A stretch of DNA of 60,447 nucleotides, filler included, from Sphacelaria rigidula (lineage: Eukaryota), in assembly GCA_964200075.2 (NCBI GenBank). It is 10 parts of 10 records of this genome, joined end to end, with 100 filler letters (N's around TTAATTAATTAA, not from the genome) between each part and the next. Parts side by side here need not be neighbours in the genome. Positions count along the whole stretch, not along the records: positions 48,440 to 54,393 come from CAXNAA020023246.1; positions 54,494 to 60,447 come from CAXNAA020023247.1; 8 more parts are not named here. One strand, given 5' to 3'. Under the pieces are notes generated by a model. That model was not told the origin of the DNA. It worked only from the letters and a program-made list of their open reading frames with translations, and searched no databases. A program made the position numbers and the translations under genes. Below are positions 48,677 to 60,447 of the stretch, one piece after another; position 1 is the first letter of the stretch, and every line of letters begins with the position of its first letter.

Positions 48677-48940
48677 ACGAGCAATGACTCATGTGCTCGA
48701 GTCATTCACTCCTCCACCACGAGCAATGACTCGAGTACTCACCCTATTAATTTTTCTCACAACAAGCAATGACTCGAGTGCTCGCCCTACTATTTTTTTC
48801 CCCGATGAGCGATGACTCGAGTACTCGCCCTATTGATTTTTTCCACAACGAGCAATGACTCGAGTGCTCGCCCTAAGAATTATTTCCCAAACGAGCAATG
48901 ACTTGAGCACTCGCCCTATTATTTTTTACGACCAACGAAA
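48677..48940. repeat. 43-bp minisatellite, about six units
   Basis: Unit ACGAGCAATGACTCGAGT(A/G)CTCGCCCTA followed by a T-rich segment. Confidence 0.9.
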
Positions 48941-49155
48941 AGCCCAACGAGTGTGGGTGCCACGAGTCATACTCGTGCTCGTCCGAGGTGTGATATCTTG
49001 CTATAAAGGCGGGTATAGAATGTACGTTTCACCACTCGGGTGTAATGACTACCCGAGTATGTACTTTACGCAAGTTTGGCGAGAGTTGGGTGCAATTCTT
49101 ACTAGTCTACCCAAATATTAGTTAAATTTGAGTGCGATCTCAATACTTCACCACC

Positions 49156-49541
49156 AAAATGGTTAGAGTTGAGTGTGTGTGTATGTGTGTGTTGTCATCC
49201 CATCTACTCTGGACGCCAGTCCACAACCTTCGGTTCTTGTGGTCGCATCAGCCGGGGCCACCGACGATGTACGTCGACCCAGGTGTCTTGTATTTTTCTT
49301 ATTTTAGTTCTCCACCTTCCTTCCGCGGTGCTTGCTTTACTTTCCATCGCGAAGAGGGTTCAGCGGCCCTTCTCCTGCACCAACCGCAAAGTCCAAGTTT
49401 GTGAAGCCATGACATGGTAGATTTCCACTGTTGGGCACGATGTGAGAAAAAAATATCAGATCGTGTGACGTCACCGAGACTCGAATCCACGTCCCAATCG
49501 TGAAAAAGGTTTCCACGTGACCAACTGAGCCAACGGGGTGA
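49156..49541 (-). mobile_element. tRNA-derived SINE family 1 (full-length copy)
   Basis: A-box TGGCTCAGTTGG, B-box GATTCGAGTCTC and a (CA)n tail. It is inserted in a GGTAGAGTTGAGTA/TACTCTACCC motif-rich element (about 49030-49950). Confidence 0.8.
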
Positions 49542-49984
49542 TCGTCTCAGAGTATTATCCCAATACTGGTCCAATTTTTGGTAGAGTTGAGTATGGTATG
49601 TTACTCTATCCAATTATTAGGTGGGTAATCACAGCATCATCCGGGTATCGAGATCACTTGGGAATGGTCTCAATATTGAAGCCGAAATTTGGGTGGAGTT
49701 GGGACGATCTCGAGAATCGACCAAAATGTTTGGGTAAGTTGAGTATGATCGCAATACTGTAGCCAAAATTGGGCACGGGATCTCAGCAAAACTCGGGTGT
49801 AGAATATCACTTCGATATGATCTCGATACTCTACCCAAAACTAGGGTAGAGTTGGTTATAATCTCGAAACTCTACCCGAGTATTGGGTAATCTAAGTACG
49901 ACTTCAACACTCTTCACCCAACTTTTCGAGTGAACGAAGTACGACTTCTGAAAATATGCGCGTATCGGGTATATCCTACTGAAC

Positions 49985-50060
49985 CTATCCAGCGGGAATC
50001 GAATCCGCGTTTGTTCCTCTCAAAAGTTGTCACTTGAACCATTATATCACCAGGGCGAGG
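49985..50060 (-). mobile_element. Isolated tRNA-like SINE head remnant
   Basis: GCCCTGGTGATATAATGG ... GATTCGATTCCC, similar to the SINE2 head. Confidence 0.5.
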
Positions 50061-50479
50061 TGGTTTGGAAAGCATGAAGCTGCGTGACAGAAATGCGCAT
50101 GCGCATACACATGGGCTGGCATGATCAACGCGTGCTTCGGCTGCATCAGCAACAAGTACCTCTCATTTTCCATATAAACACAAGGAAAAGCGAAAATGAT
50201 TTACATGGGGATGTTGAAGAAACCGTGGTTGAGTCACATGCAATGAGCGCGAACAAATATATAGGGGTGTATTTCACATATCAATTCGGCTAATACAAAA
50301 AATACAATAATATACCTATTGATACGACACGATGTTCACTTTTCTTTGGCCACTTGACTAATACTGCCATAGATACGCATACCGCAATCACTAGGAAGCC
50401 TACGAGTATGCTTGGATCAGGGTAGAGTACGAGTACGAGTGTCTTCAGGTGTCCATGCTTTAGGTACTGATAAATACCC

Positions 50480-50665
50480 CACACTTTCGACAGTCGACAC
50501 TCCACGTAGTTTCGAATATCCAGTATTTTCGACAATCGATACTCAGTATATTCGGCAGCCGACACTCCAGGCTCCCTGAAACACTCGGTATTTCGGTAGT
50601 CGATACTACAGATATTCTGGAATGCCCTTTATTTTCGGCAGTCGATATTCCAGGAACTCTGAAGT
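50480..50665. repeat. Degenerate tandem repeat based on TTTCG(G/A)CAGTCGA(T/C)ACTCCA
   Basis: Five or six degenerate copies. Confidence 0.7.
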
Positions 50666-53468
50666 CTAGGTACTCAACGTACTGTGGAAACCCATAGCAC
50701 CTAGAGAATTACACTCCATCTCAACTACCTTTGGAGGCCTACACCTGCGCGCGACGAGATTCACACTGAGAAAGTGCTTTGGCACCGAAATACACAGATA
50801 GTTTGATAACGTGGGTAACGATCACGTCAGAACATTCGTCATGCGACAGGGAATCACGGTTGTTTCAGACCCCATGACGAAGCGCGTCGAGTAAAACAAA
50901 AGCCGAAACCTGCAGCACCGGACGGACATGACGGAGACGTATGACGTCGGAAACTTGACATTACACATGAGGTCGAACTTCAAGCTAACTCGGGTTGGTG
51001 AGGGGGCTCCCCGCCACCGCGGCCGCCGCCGCCGCCGCCGCCGCCGCATTTTTCAAACATACGCTGACGTATCACGTCTCATGTACATCGCGTATGAATT
51101 AAACAAGAAAGAAGGCAAATGAACCGCCAAGTACCGCTACGGTCAAGATGCAATCAAAGTCTGGGAATGCCTCAGACACTAGTTCGAGAGCGTGATATGA
51201 TGTTGGAACACCTTCAATCATCACGTTTCGGCATAACATGCACACACAACGATCTAGGGCAGTCGGGCGACTGTGCACTTTGTATGACATCCCTTTCGCC
51301 AAAAAATGTAAGACTCGGTACGGCTTCTGCAAGGCCCACTTTCGGAGGCATTCGATGAGTTTCTCTCTGCAGTTTTACTCGTTGCAGACCCTGTGCTGTC
51401 AAAAACATCACTGCCTGCAGTACCACTTGCTGTGGCCTCGCCTCCGCTGCCTACGACACGACGTGCAGCTTGATCCCTGTCTCGTCAAAAACATATCCAC
51501 ATCCCTGTCATCGCTGCTGTCATCTGAGCTGTTGCTGCTCATACCGTGATGTGTCCCCTTGACGTCCACGTTCGTGCGCAGTGTCAGCACCCCTCAACGT
51601 CGTTGGAGCATAGCAATACATAGCAAGTAGCGATTGGAGCATCACCACTACGAAAGGAAAATGCTTTGAAGTATGGCGAATGTATGAAGGAAACTTGACT
51701 GAAAATTACGAGGTGAACGGCGAGCCAGTTCAGTACTACATCGAATTTTACTCCCGCTTACGTTGTGAATAATCTCACCGCGATAGGATGCCTTCCGCAT
51801 ATGGTGTTGCCGTGCTCGACGAGATACCTACTGAATCCGCTTATGTCTTGGGATTCAATCAGCTTCATGCCCTGCGTACGCGCAATAAAGCGAGAAACAC
51901 GAACACGCAGCAGACGAGGTGCGTCGATATGGCAGCGAGCACGGCGCAGTTCCCGCCAGAGCCTTGGACTTCATGTAAGGCCTATTTGGACAACTGCAAC
52001 TGAATACACGGGGTGTATTTGCTGGGGCATTTTCGCTTCTCTTTCCATGAAAATGAGCAACCTCAGTATATGGCGGCACCAGTGTACTGGGCTTGCATGA
52101 ACAACCAGCACTCGTGGGTGGAAGACACGTGCGCCACTGGCGTATATCGCTTGACAGGCGAGCATCCTGGCGGCTACTAGGCTCGACGAGCGACCGTACA
52201 CATACCTGGTGATCCAGCCAGCGAATGTGCTCATGAATCGGGCCGTGGGCGGGATCTTGCGGTTGGTACCGAAAGCGTGCACCCCAGTGGCAAAAATCGG
52301 AGCTGTGGTAAAAATACGCGTGGGGCAAGTGGTCAGCCCTCCTATCGTGACGCAGGCCATAGGTGGGGTTGCCAGCGGAAACGGCAAGAAAAGTAGAAGA
52401 CGTGGCTCATCTCGGCGTAAAACCGACACGAGAACGCATACCAAGACATTAATCAACCACAGGCATTTCAAGTGTCAACTAGTAGAGATCTACAAAGGAC
52501 TATTGCTTCCAACTTAGGAACATGAGGTTAGTCATACGTGGTTTCAACATCGGCAGGTCAGGTGTCGGCGAAATGATGTGCGCGTCTGACTCTTGGGATG
52601 CACTGGAAGTCCCGCGTAAAGGCGGACCATTCCACGGGAGGACTTCACATTCCGACGGTCTGAATCGGTCGACCATTTTTTGCCACCATAGGGCGGCAAC
52701 AATGCTAACATTCTCGGGTCATCTGTTCCATGGATCTTCCAAAAAACTGGATAAGTCTTGTAAAGGAGGCACATATCAGTCGACGCCTACGATGTGCGCA
52801 TTCGCTTGATTCATGTACAAGAATAAAAAACCAACCGCTGTGGCTGAGGGCAAAGCCCTGAGGAGAATCAACCGGCCGTTCATCTCCACATACGGAACAG
52901 CTGCTTGCCGTACCAACAATATTTTAGGTACATATTTTCTTCGAACAAATGGCGAAGAGTTGCGCTTCATACCGTCTTTCACCATTGTCAGTGTATCTCA
53001 CTGACGTTTGAAAGGTTTGACACCGCTGAGTAAGCCTGATAGTAGTCTGGCTTTGACTGACAAGGCTAGCTGAGCGCCACTCGAGTCCGTTGGTTCACCG
53101 AAGCAGTCCAACGGTTCTGCACTGGGATTTTCAGGTGAAACAAGTGACCGCTTTTCCCTCCAGGCGGTGTGAACAAAATACAACATATATATCTTGTTCG
53201 AGCCGCGCGCACATAAAGGCAGCAAATACATGCCAATTCAAATTTGGCTGTCGTGTGCTGCAGCCCTCTTCACGTCAGTCAGTATTGCATCAATTCAATT
53301 ACGGTCCGAAATAACTCAGTGGATGAGAATCCATGAGCGAGCCTGTCCAAGATTCAACACACATTCGTCCGAAACATTTCACGTTCAACATTTGATGCGA
53401 GGCGCATGAACGAATCTAGAGCAACATCGAACTGGTTGGATTGGAAAAGGGATGGCCTGGTGGGGCAA

Positions 53469-53554
53469 GGGGGGAGGGGGGGGGGCGTACTCATTTGTTG
53501 CTTGCCTTAGTCGTTTGACCATTGACCACGCATCCCTTTCGAGACGGAGCACCG
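53469..53554 (-). mobile_element. 5'-truncated LINE tail copy ending in a C-run
   Basis: ...GAGTACG followed by about 16 C on the minus strand, with imperfect flanks CCCCACCATCCCT / CCCCACCAGGCCATCCCT. Confidence 0.85.
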
Positions 53555-55987
53555 GGAGGGGATGGTGGGGGTCAGCCGCCGTCCATGAGGCGCGATATTT
53601 GCGGTAGACTGGGGTGACCGTCACTCGTTTTCTTCTATATGAGCAGATCCACGATCACGAAGGCCAGAACATAGCGCCGGGAGCTCGTGCTCGAAACGAA
53701 CAAATGTCGATACTTACTGCAGATTTCCTCGTACTCAAATGAAAACTTCCTAACCGGGGTAGATATTTTGAAAACGACTCTCAATTGGGTGGATTATGAC
53801 CATTCGTGAATTTTCATGTCAAAAGGTGACACACTGTAGCAAGCTGATCCAATCCGAAAGTCGATGTCACGGGATCAATTTAATGGGGCCCGACCTAAAG
53901 TGTGTGGGAATCAGGTTACACCAACCGGTGTAAATGCGAGATGAAGACTCCAGCAGCTGTGACCAACGGGTCTTCATGTTCAAGATCTGTAGTCAGGAAC
54001 ATGTGGCGAAATATCAACAGTAATCTGCCTGACCGACATTTCATCAGCAGCGCAGTCCAGCTACACCGTAGGTATGCTACCTCTTCCGGCCCTGCAGGCA
54101 GTCATTCGTAAATTACAAGCCAAGAAACGGCAGATATCATACCCTGATCGTAGCTGGGCAGGCATAGTCATTCGTATGTTACTGGCCAAGAAACGATAGA
54201 CATTCCCTGAGTGCGGTCGGGGAGGGGATAAAATGAGTCCATCCCCGGGGTGGGCGCGGCCGGGGTAGCAAAGAATCAGTATGATAGGGCATGGCTACTG
54301 GAGTGATATCTTTCCCATATATTAAAATTCGACATAACGGTCGACGAGGGGAAGGGACTGCTGAACCCCTCTCGCGATAAAAAATAAAGGCAANNNNNNN
54401 NNNNNNNNNNNNNNNNNNNNNNNNNNNNNNNNNNNNNTTAATTAATTAANNNNNNNNNNNNNNNNNNNNNNNNNNNNNNNNNNNNNNNNNNNNAGACTCG
54501 TCGAAAATTGGGCCGTGCGTTCAACATTTTCCGTGACGGTGCTGCACCCCTATAAATCAAGTGATGGGAGACTCCAATTATGGAGGTCATGAGTTCGAAT
54601 CCCGACAGATTCTCTTTTTTTTTCGTCCGTCGTTAAGGTCATACATTATGTAGTACATTTTTTTTCATTTTTTTTCATTGTTTTTCAGCGGCGGTGCCGT
54701 GTGTCACCAGGTTGGTCTACACTTCACAGTGATATGCTTACATCGGGTTCATACAGGAAACTGGGGAAGCTGTGATGTGAGCAAGTTTTATCAGCTTTTC
54801 AGCTGGCCCAGCTCGTACAAAAACCGAAAAGTCTGGTGGGCTTTGCGATGCTCGTATCTTTGCTTCTTCTCTCTGCCCGCTCTGTCCCAATGACCTCGGA
54901 TGCCGGCCACGCTCACACGTATGCATGCACACGAGCGCACGGTTAGGACAGCCTGGATCCAAAATAGCAACTTTATCTCGCGCTTCGCCAAACTTGTCCG
55001 GACCCCTGTACTGGTGGGTAGTCGAGGCACATGACACGGAACATGATCCCATAAGCGTAATCATGGTAAGTGATGAGCCTGGGGGAGCGACCATCTCATC
55101 GGTCTCCGTCCCAAGGATCTCTGTACACGGCAGCTGACCACGTCCGCCAACGCCTCGGATATAAACCAGAGAACAGCAGGCTGGTTGTTCCCCCCCCCCA
55201 ACCCCCTCAAAAACTAGAATTTTCGATCTTGGGGCCTACGCTTGCCGGTTTGTTTTTACAGACTCTTGGTTGTGATGATGATATTTGATCGTGTTCAAAT
55301 CCTTTCATATCACGTCCCTCATCTCCCATCACGTCCAATATATCGTCTTCGATTGTACGCCAGTAGTAAATCCCTGTCGTCGGAAGAAACATTTTTTCTT
55401 GTCATTGATCGTTCCAGTCCGTTCTCAGTGATGAGGTTGTGTCCAGTGACTCTGTCGGGTGGCTTGGGTGTTGAAATTGCTCTGTACCGCCGCACCAGCC
55501 GCTGGGCGTATCTGTCTGTGAAGTCAGGTGTACGTGTGCGGAAAAATCTTTATGAATGCGATTGTTTCACCATTCATCTTGTTATCCCACGCCTTCGCTG
55601 GGATTGCCTCTCTTCGGTCGAGGGGGGATTGTTCGTAAACCGTCTGTGGGTACCCGTGTGTTTCTATGGGGGTGCAAGTAAACAAGTACAATATACTTAC
55701 ATGCCGAGTTTGAGAAACTTTGAACGTTGTACAACGTACAGTACAGTACAGGGGTCACCGCGTTTTTTACCCGTAACGGTGAGTCCCGGTAGATCGACCT
55801 TACGTGGACCGCTGAGAATATGTTAAGAACAAATGCTTTGGTTGAACAGTTAATGGTTCAGAGGTTGAAAAACAACTTGTACACGACATGATATCATATA
55901 TTGCGGCTGGGTGCTCGCAAGCAAAGAGAAGCTTTTTAGGTATAGCGTCGTTATTTCCGCGTTGAAAGTCGGTAGATGATATCATTT

Positions 55988-56741
55988 GGGCAATATACAA
56001 AAAAGGGTACACCCAGGTGCTTCTGGAACGAAAACTGGTGACGCATTTTCCGGTTTCGGGCGCGGCGCTGCACGCGGGCTGAACACCTCGAAAACACCTT
56101 TCAGCGCCTCCGCCCCACGCACAAGGTTTCTGGGCAGCATGCCCAACCATTTTTTTATTTTCACACGTGGTACTAGGCTTACTACGGCGCGGGAAAGGAC
56201 AGCCTGTGGGAGTACCCTTTTTTGTAGGCGAAGGAAGAGGGTACACCCTACTCTCTGCTGAAAAATCATCCCTTGCCCTTTTCTTTTTATGTGTGAACCT
56301 CTTGTGCTCAAGTGCATACCCTTCTTCACGCTTATGTGTGAAGTGATGACCGTACCACCGGCTCCGCAGAACATACGCTGAACAGTCACAACACCATTTT
56401 TTTTGTGAAGAACACCCCGCCAAAAAAGGCCAAAACCCAACGACCAAGGAATTGTAGCGCCCTGCTGAGATGATTTTTCAACAGAGAGCAAGGTGTACTC
56501 TCCTGGTTTAGTTACAAAAAGAGGTTACTCTCACAGGCTGTCTCTTTCCGCGCCGTAGTAAGCCTAGTACGACGTGTAACCGTAAAAAAATGGTCAGGCA
56601 TGTTGCCAGACACCTTGTGCGTGGGGCGGAGGCGCTGGGACGCGTTTTCGAGGTGTTCAGTCCGCGTGCAGCGCCGCGCCCCAAACCGAAAATTTTTCTA
56701 CACTTTTTTGTTCCAAAAGCACCAGGGTGTGCATATTGCCC
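55988..56741. mobile_element. Mutator-like (MULE/foldback) non-autonomous element
   Basis: Diverged TIRs of about 280 bp (55988-56270 vs 56470-56741) starting GGGCAATAT, and a 9-bp TSD ATATCATTT/ATATTATTT. Confidence 0.88.
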
Positions 56742-58929
56742 ATATTATTTGCCAAAGGAGGTCTGGCGCTCAAGAGAATGAGCGCAAACACGATGTGAGT
56801 TGGACTCGGTTTCTGCCGTTTTTGCCGTGAAAACGTGGTACTGCTTTCTTTCCTCACAAGTTCTGTAAGAAAGGGAAGAAAGCAAGCGGCGTGGCGCTAA
56901 CGTAGCTGCTTTCGGGTAATTCAGCAAAGCTGCCCCCTGCTGTATACCCCAAAGTGCATCAAAAGGGCTGCGTATATTCATTCGTCTCCACTTTCCGTGG
57001 CGCGTCACCTTCTTCTGACCTCAACTTTCCGATCCCGGCTTGTTCTGTACCTTGTTTTTGCCGCTAATTACAATTTCATGCCCCCTGCGGAAATAGCCCA
57101 TCAGTTCAGCATGATTGACAAATAGCATCAAAATTGTAGTGGCCGCGTCGGGCACGTCGTCGAAACTTGACAGGAACATTGAATCTTGCAGAAGTGCATG
57201 CTCATGACTATCCCATCTTTCTTTCCAACCATCGCTCACCTTCCCACCGTAAACGCGGCACTTTCGGAACACAGCATACGCTAACTACAGGGCAATCAAT
57301 AGACAAGGGCAAGCACAGCACCAGTAGCAAGAAACTAGTTCAGCAGCAGTGAGTATCAGTACTTACACACGTCGCGTAGCAGATCCATCTTGTCGCCCAA
57401 ACCGCCGCTCCCATCAACTTGTGAAAGAGTGGCCGTCACGCCAATTTCAAGTAGATTCGTCATGAGGAACTATGGCTAATTCTTTTACCCTGAAGTGACG
57501 AAAAAATGAGAAATGCCTTTTCCTACCGGCACTCTGAAAAGCGATCACCTAGTCTGACCATGTCCCACCATCACTTTCTCCCCTTCCCCCCCCCGACACG
57601 CACACACACGCACACACACACACACACATAATTTTCCTGATCTTTTCCCCCGAAAAAACGTTTCCAAAACGCCCAAGACGGCGGGTGAAGGAGAAAACAA
57701 CGCAGGGGCAGGGGCAGCACCTACGTCATCATCGTCATCATCATCAGCAGCAACAACGCAAGCTGAAGCTCGGAGCAAGCAACTCAACATCGCTTGCAAC
57801 GACGTGGTTCGCACGATCCTCAAACAAAACCCGGGGGCCTCAGACGTACGGGACCTCCGGGATCGATTGAAAGAGCAGAGAGATCTTTTGGTGTTGCCCG
57901 GCGACGAAATGTCGACGTTGTTCTTTGAAAACCTGTTGTTGGTGTGCAATCACGAGCTGCACCCGGACGTGGGCCGATTGCAAGGAGAATATGGAAGGGC
58001 ATGGAAGACCATCTTACACTATATTGAGGATGCGGGATGGCAACTCACGGACCCTCCGTTCACCGTTACGGGATGACGGCAATATCTGGGGGAGAGCAAT
58101 GTAGAGATGCATGAATAAAACGACGATCTGTCAGTGGAAGCGGATAGGCAATACTTGCGGATCACGGGACACTTCTAGTTTTCTGTAGTCTCTGACGGTA
58201 ACCGAATGGTATTTATATGTGTTCATAAAACATAACTTTTTATCTCTTCCTTAGTTTGTTTCGTAGTGCGTCTGTTGTTGTGCACCAAACACGGAGCCTG
58301 AAGCCGTGGGATCATGGTCGAATCCTGTTTGCGATACAGTTTGATTGCAGTGACAGAAACCTCTCGGGGGATGCAGACGCACGGGTGGTGTTCTCGTTCA
58401 GGTCTCTCTGGCTTTGTGTTATCGTGATCCAGGGTTGCCGGGAGGGTGAAGACGTAGGTTATCTCTTCTCGACGACAGGAGATCACTTGGGAGTCATTAG
58501 ATTGTGTTGTTGTACTCACAGGACTAAATGAGTCAGAGCATGTGCTCCTCAGCTGTCTTTCATCATCGCTATGCCACTTGTCGAGTTTCTGGAGGAAGAT
58601 GACCTGTTTCTGGCACAGCAGTGTAGCGAATTTTCCTTTTCCCAGATAGTTTGTGGCCGGATCACCAAGTGGTGGACGAGAATCGGACGGTACGGTACAG
58701 CGACACGTGAATCATCGGGTGAATTCAAAAGACCGTGGCATCATCCACATGCACTGCTTGATGCAGAGAAGCAGGGTATGGACCAAAACTCACCAAACGG
58801 AACGCGGTCAAATACATAACGCGATGGTGCTCGCTCGCAATCGAACTCTCCATGTCAAGCCGTGAACCAGTAGCATCAAGTAGCACGTGCGCTTGCCTCC
58901 AACACAACCCCGCCTTGTTACACTAGGGG

Positions 58930-59690
58930 TGAAGGGCCCAGGAGAAGCCAAGACGAGCACGTTGTTATAGGCTGGGTAGTTTTGAGTAAGGATCGAAACT
59001 TTGGAGTACATGTAGCTGAAGAACTCTTCGTTTACTGTTTCGGGTGGACCATCGTACAAAACAAATGACAGTAGTCTACATCTTCATTGTAATATGATGA
59101 TCATCACACGATACCCAACTAATGGGTATGCCACGACATGCAGTAAGCCCCTGACCATCATGTTTTCGTTGGAGAAAAATTTAGATCGGAGAGAAGAACA
59201 ACAAAGCACAAGGACAAATCAACCGACATACGATTCTCCATGCGCGGTACGTTGTGTCTTAGCATTGTCGTTTGAAAACGTCTGCCTCCGGAAGGGTAGG
59301 TCTTGTTCTATTGACCGCCAGCTCCACACGAGCACAACTGCCCACCAGCGATCACTCCACGGTCTTCGCTCACGCTGTGCCGAACTCGCCTCTGAACGTA
59401 TGCGCGGAAGTTGAACACGACCAGTGGACAGCGACGGAGATGGCGGCATTGAGGCAATACAGCTGGAGGGGTCGAGGTACCTACGTACGAGTAGTCCCTC
59501 TCCTTTCATGCCGATGCGGAACACACAATCAGGCTTCCGTTCAACCCACCTCGAGAGCCGCAAAAACGTGCGGTGGATTCCAATTTCATCAAGTGAATTT
59601 GGTTTCTGTGCCGGCTGGTCCGGGTAAAAAAATCGACTCGCCGTTTTTTCGCGACTTGATTTTTGCGACTCGATCTTCGCTATATTTCCC
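58930..59690 (-). pseudogene. Possible IS630/Tc1-type DDE transposase remnant
   Basis: FYPDQ..LDEIGIHRTFLRLSRW (first-Asp motif) and TVNEEFFSYMYSKV..QNYPAYNNVLVL (approach to the second Asp) appear in the expected order. Very decayed. Confidence 0.35.
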
Positions 59691-60447
59691 ACTCTTGAAC
59701 ACCTATTGACTTAGTTTTTTGGAGGAAAACTTTGCCAAACAGAAACCAAACGCATCTTGCTCCGAGGGGCACCTGAGTACACAGCAGTTGCTGCTGCCTA
59801 CCTAGTATTATCCTCCAAATCGAAGTCTTGCGTGAAAACGCCCAGCGTGCAACTGCTTGACGCGACCACTGCGTTCTGCCACGGACCGTTCCCCACGTAC
59901 CCGACAAGGGGGCAACATCCCCGTACAGACAGTAGCAGTGCTAGCGGATCCTACGTGCAGACAGTCTGGCAGCCAGCAAGGTGGTTATGGAAGTGTCCTT
60001 CCAGCGATATCAACTTACAGTGCACTGGAGCAGGGTTTGCAGGTGGCTATTTCGGCGATTGCCTAACCTGCAGTGAGCAATGCTCTGATAGGGGTTGCAC
60101 TGTTTGTTTCTTGGTCTCGTTTTTGTAGGAGCCCAAATATATGGGGCTTACTGTGCAACCCATATCTCTGGGGACCGGACATGGAAATGCTCGCAGGGGC
60201 CTTTCCGTGAATCGGCATCATTTTCAGTATTTTTCAAGTGAAAATGATGCCGATTCTCAAAATGACCCGTGCAACACCCCGAGAAACATTTTCGCTAAAA
60301 AAGCACAACCCCTACCGGAGCATCACTCAAGTTCGCCCGGATGTTGCGGATTTTTTCACGATCTCACTGAGTAACATTAAACAGCCGATTTTATTTTTTG
60401 GGGTTCATACAAAATATGAGGCTGAAGTGGCAGAGCTGTCTTGCACG

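Noticed and set aside
48677..48940. CRISPR-like repeat/spacer appearance
   Set aside because: The 'spacers' are only about 15 nt, T-rich and homologous to each other. The repeats are degenerate, there are no cas genes, and the context is eukaryotic.
51099..51590. Possible Harbinger/ISL2EU transposase N-terminus (MSSNSSDDSSDD...)
   Set aside because: Only an acidic start and a vague helical pattern spread over three frames, with no catalytic motifs visible.
5956..54493. Regularly spaced TTAATTAATTAA motif every 6054-6055 bp
   Set aside because: Artificial concatenation linker embedded in Ns. It also invalidates any operon- or cluster-style inference across contigs, and all ORFs containing X runs.
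55800..56830. Paralogous ORFs on opposite strands (HAAQKPCAWGGGAE / HVARHLVRGAEA)
   Set aside because: These are translations of the two arms of the MULE inverted repeat.

Overview
This window is not one locus. It is ten unrelated contigs of 5955 or 5954 bp (1-5955, 6056-12010, 12111-18065, 18166-24120, 24221-30175, 30276-36230, 36331-42285, 42386-48339, 48440-54393, 54494-60447), joined by artificial 100-nt linkers (N44-TTAATTAATTAA-N44), so nothing can be inferred across the linkers. The DNA is eukaryotic and very repeat-rich, with short GT-AG exons in kb-sized introns; a brown alga or related stramenopile is my inference from repeat style and gene structure, not a tested assignment. Three host genes can be spliced by hand with consistent intron phases: Nup93/Nic96 (3 exons), the tRNA m1G37 methyltransferase TRM5 (3 exons) and a WD40 protein (2 exons). 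Most of the remaining recognisable sequence is mobile DNA: a decayed Ty3/Gypsy gag-pol, a Copia gag remnant, LINE fragments, two tRNA-derived SINE families, and non-autonomous hAT, piggyBac, PIF/Harbinger and Mutator-type elements identified by TIRs and TSDs. I found no convincing new multi-gene system and no CRISPR array. The most interesting observations are a MITE carrying telomere-like repeats inserted cleanly into Copia gag, a LINE family whose 3' end is C-rich and sits at C-runs, a near-perfect 84-nt hairpin, a TTAA-punctuated piggyBac MITE array and a four-level nested insertion.
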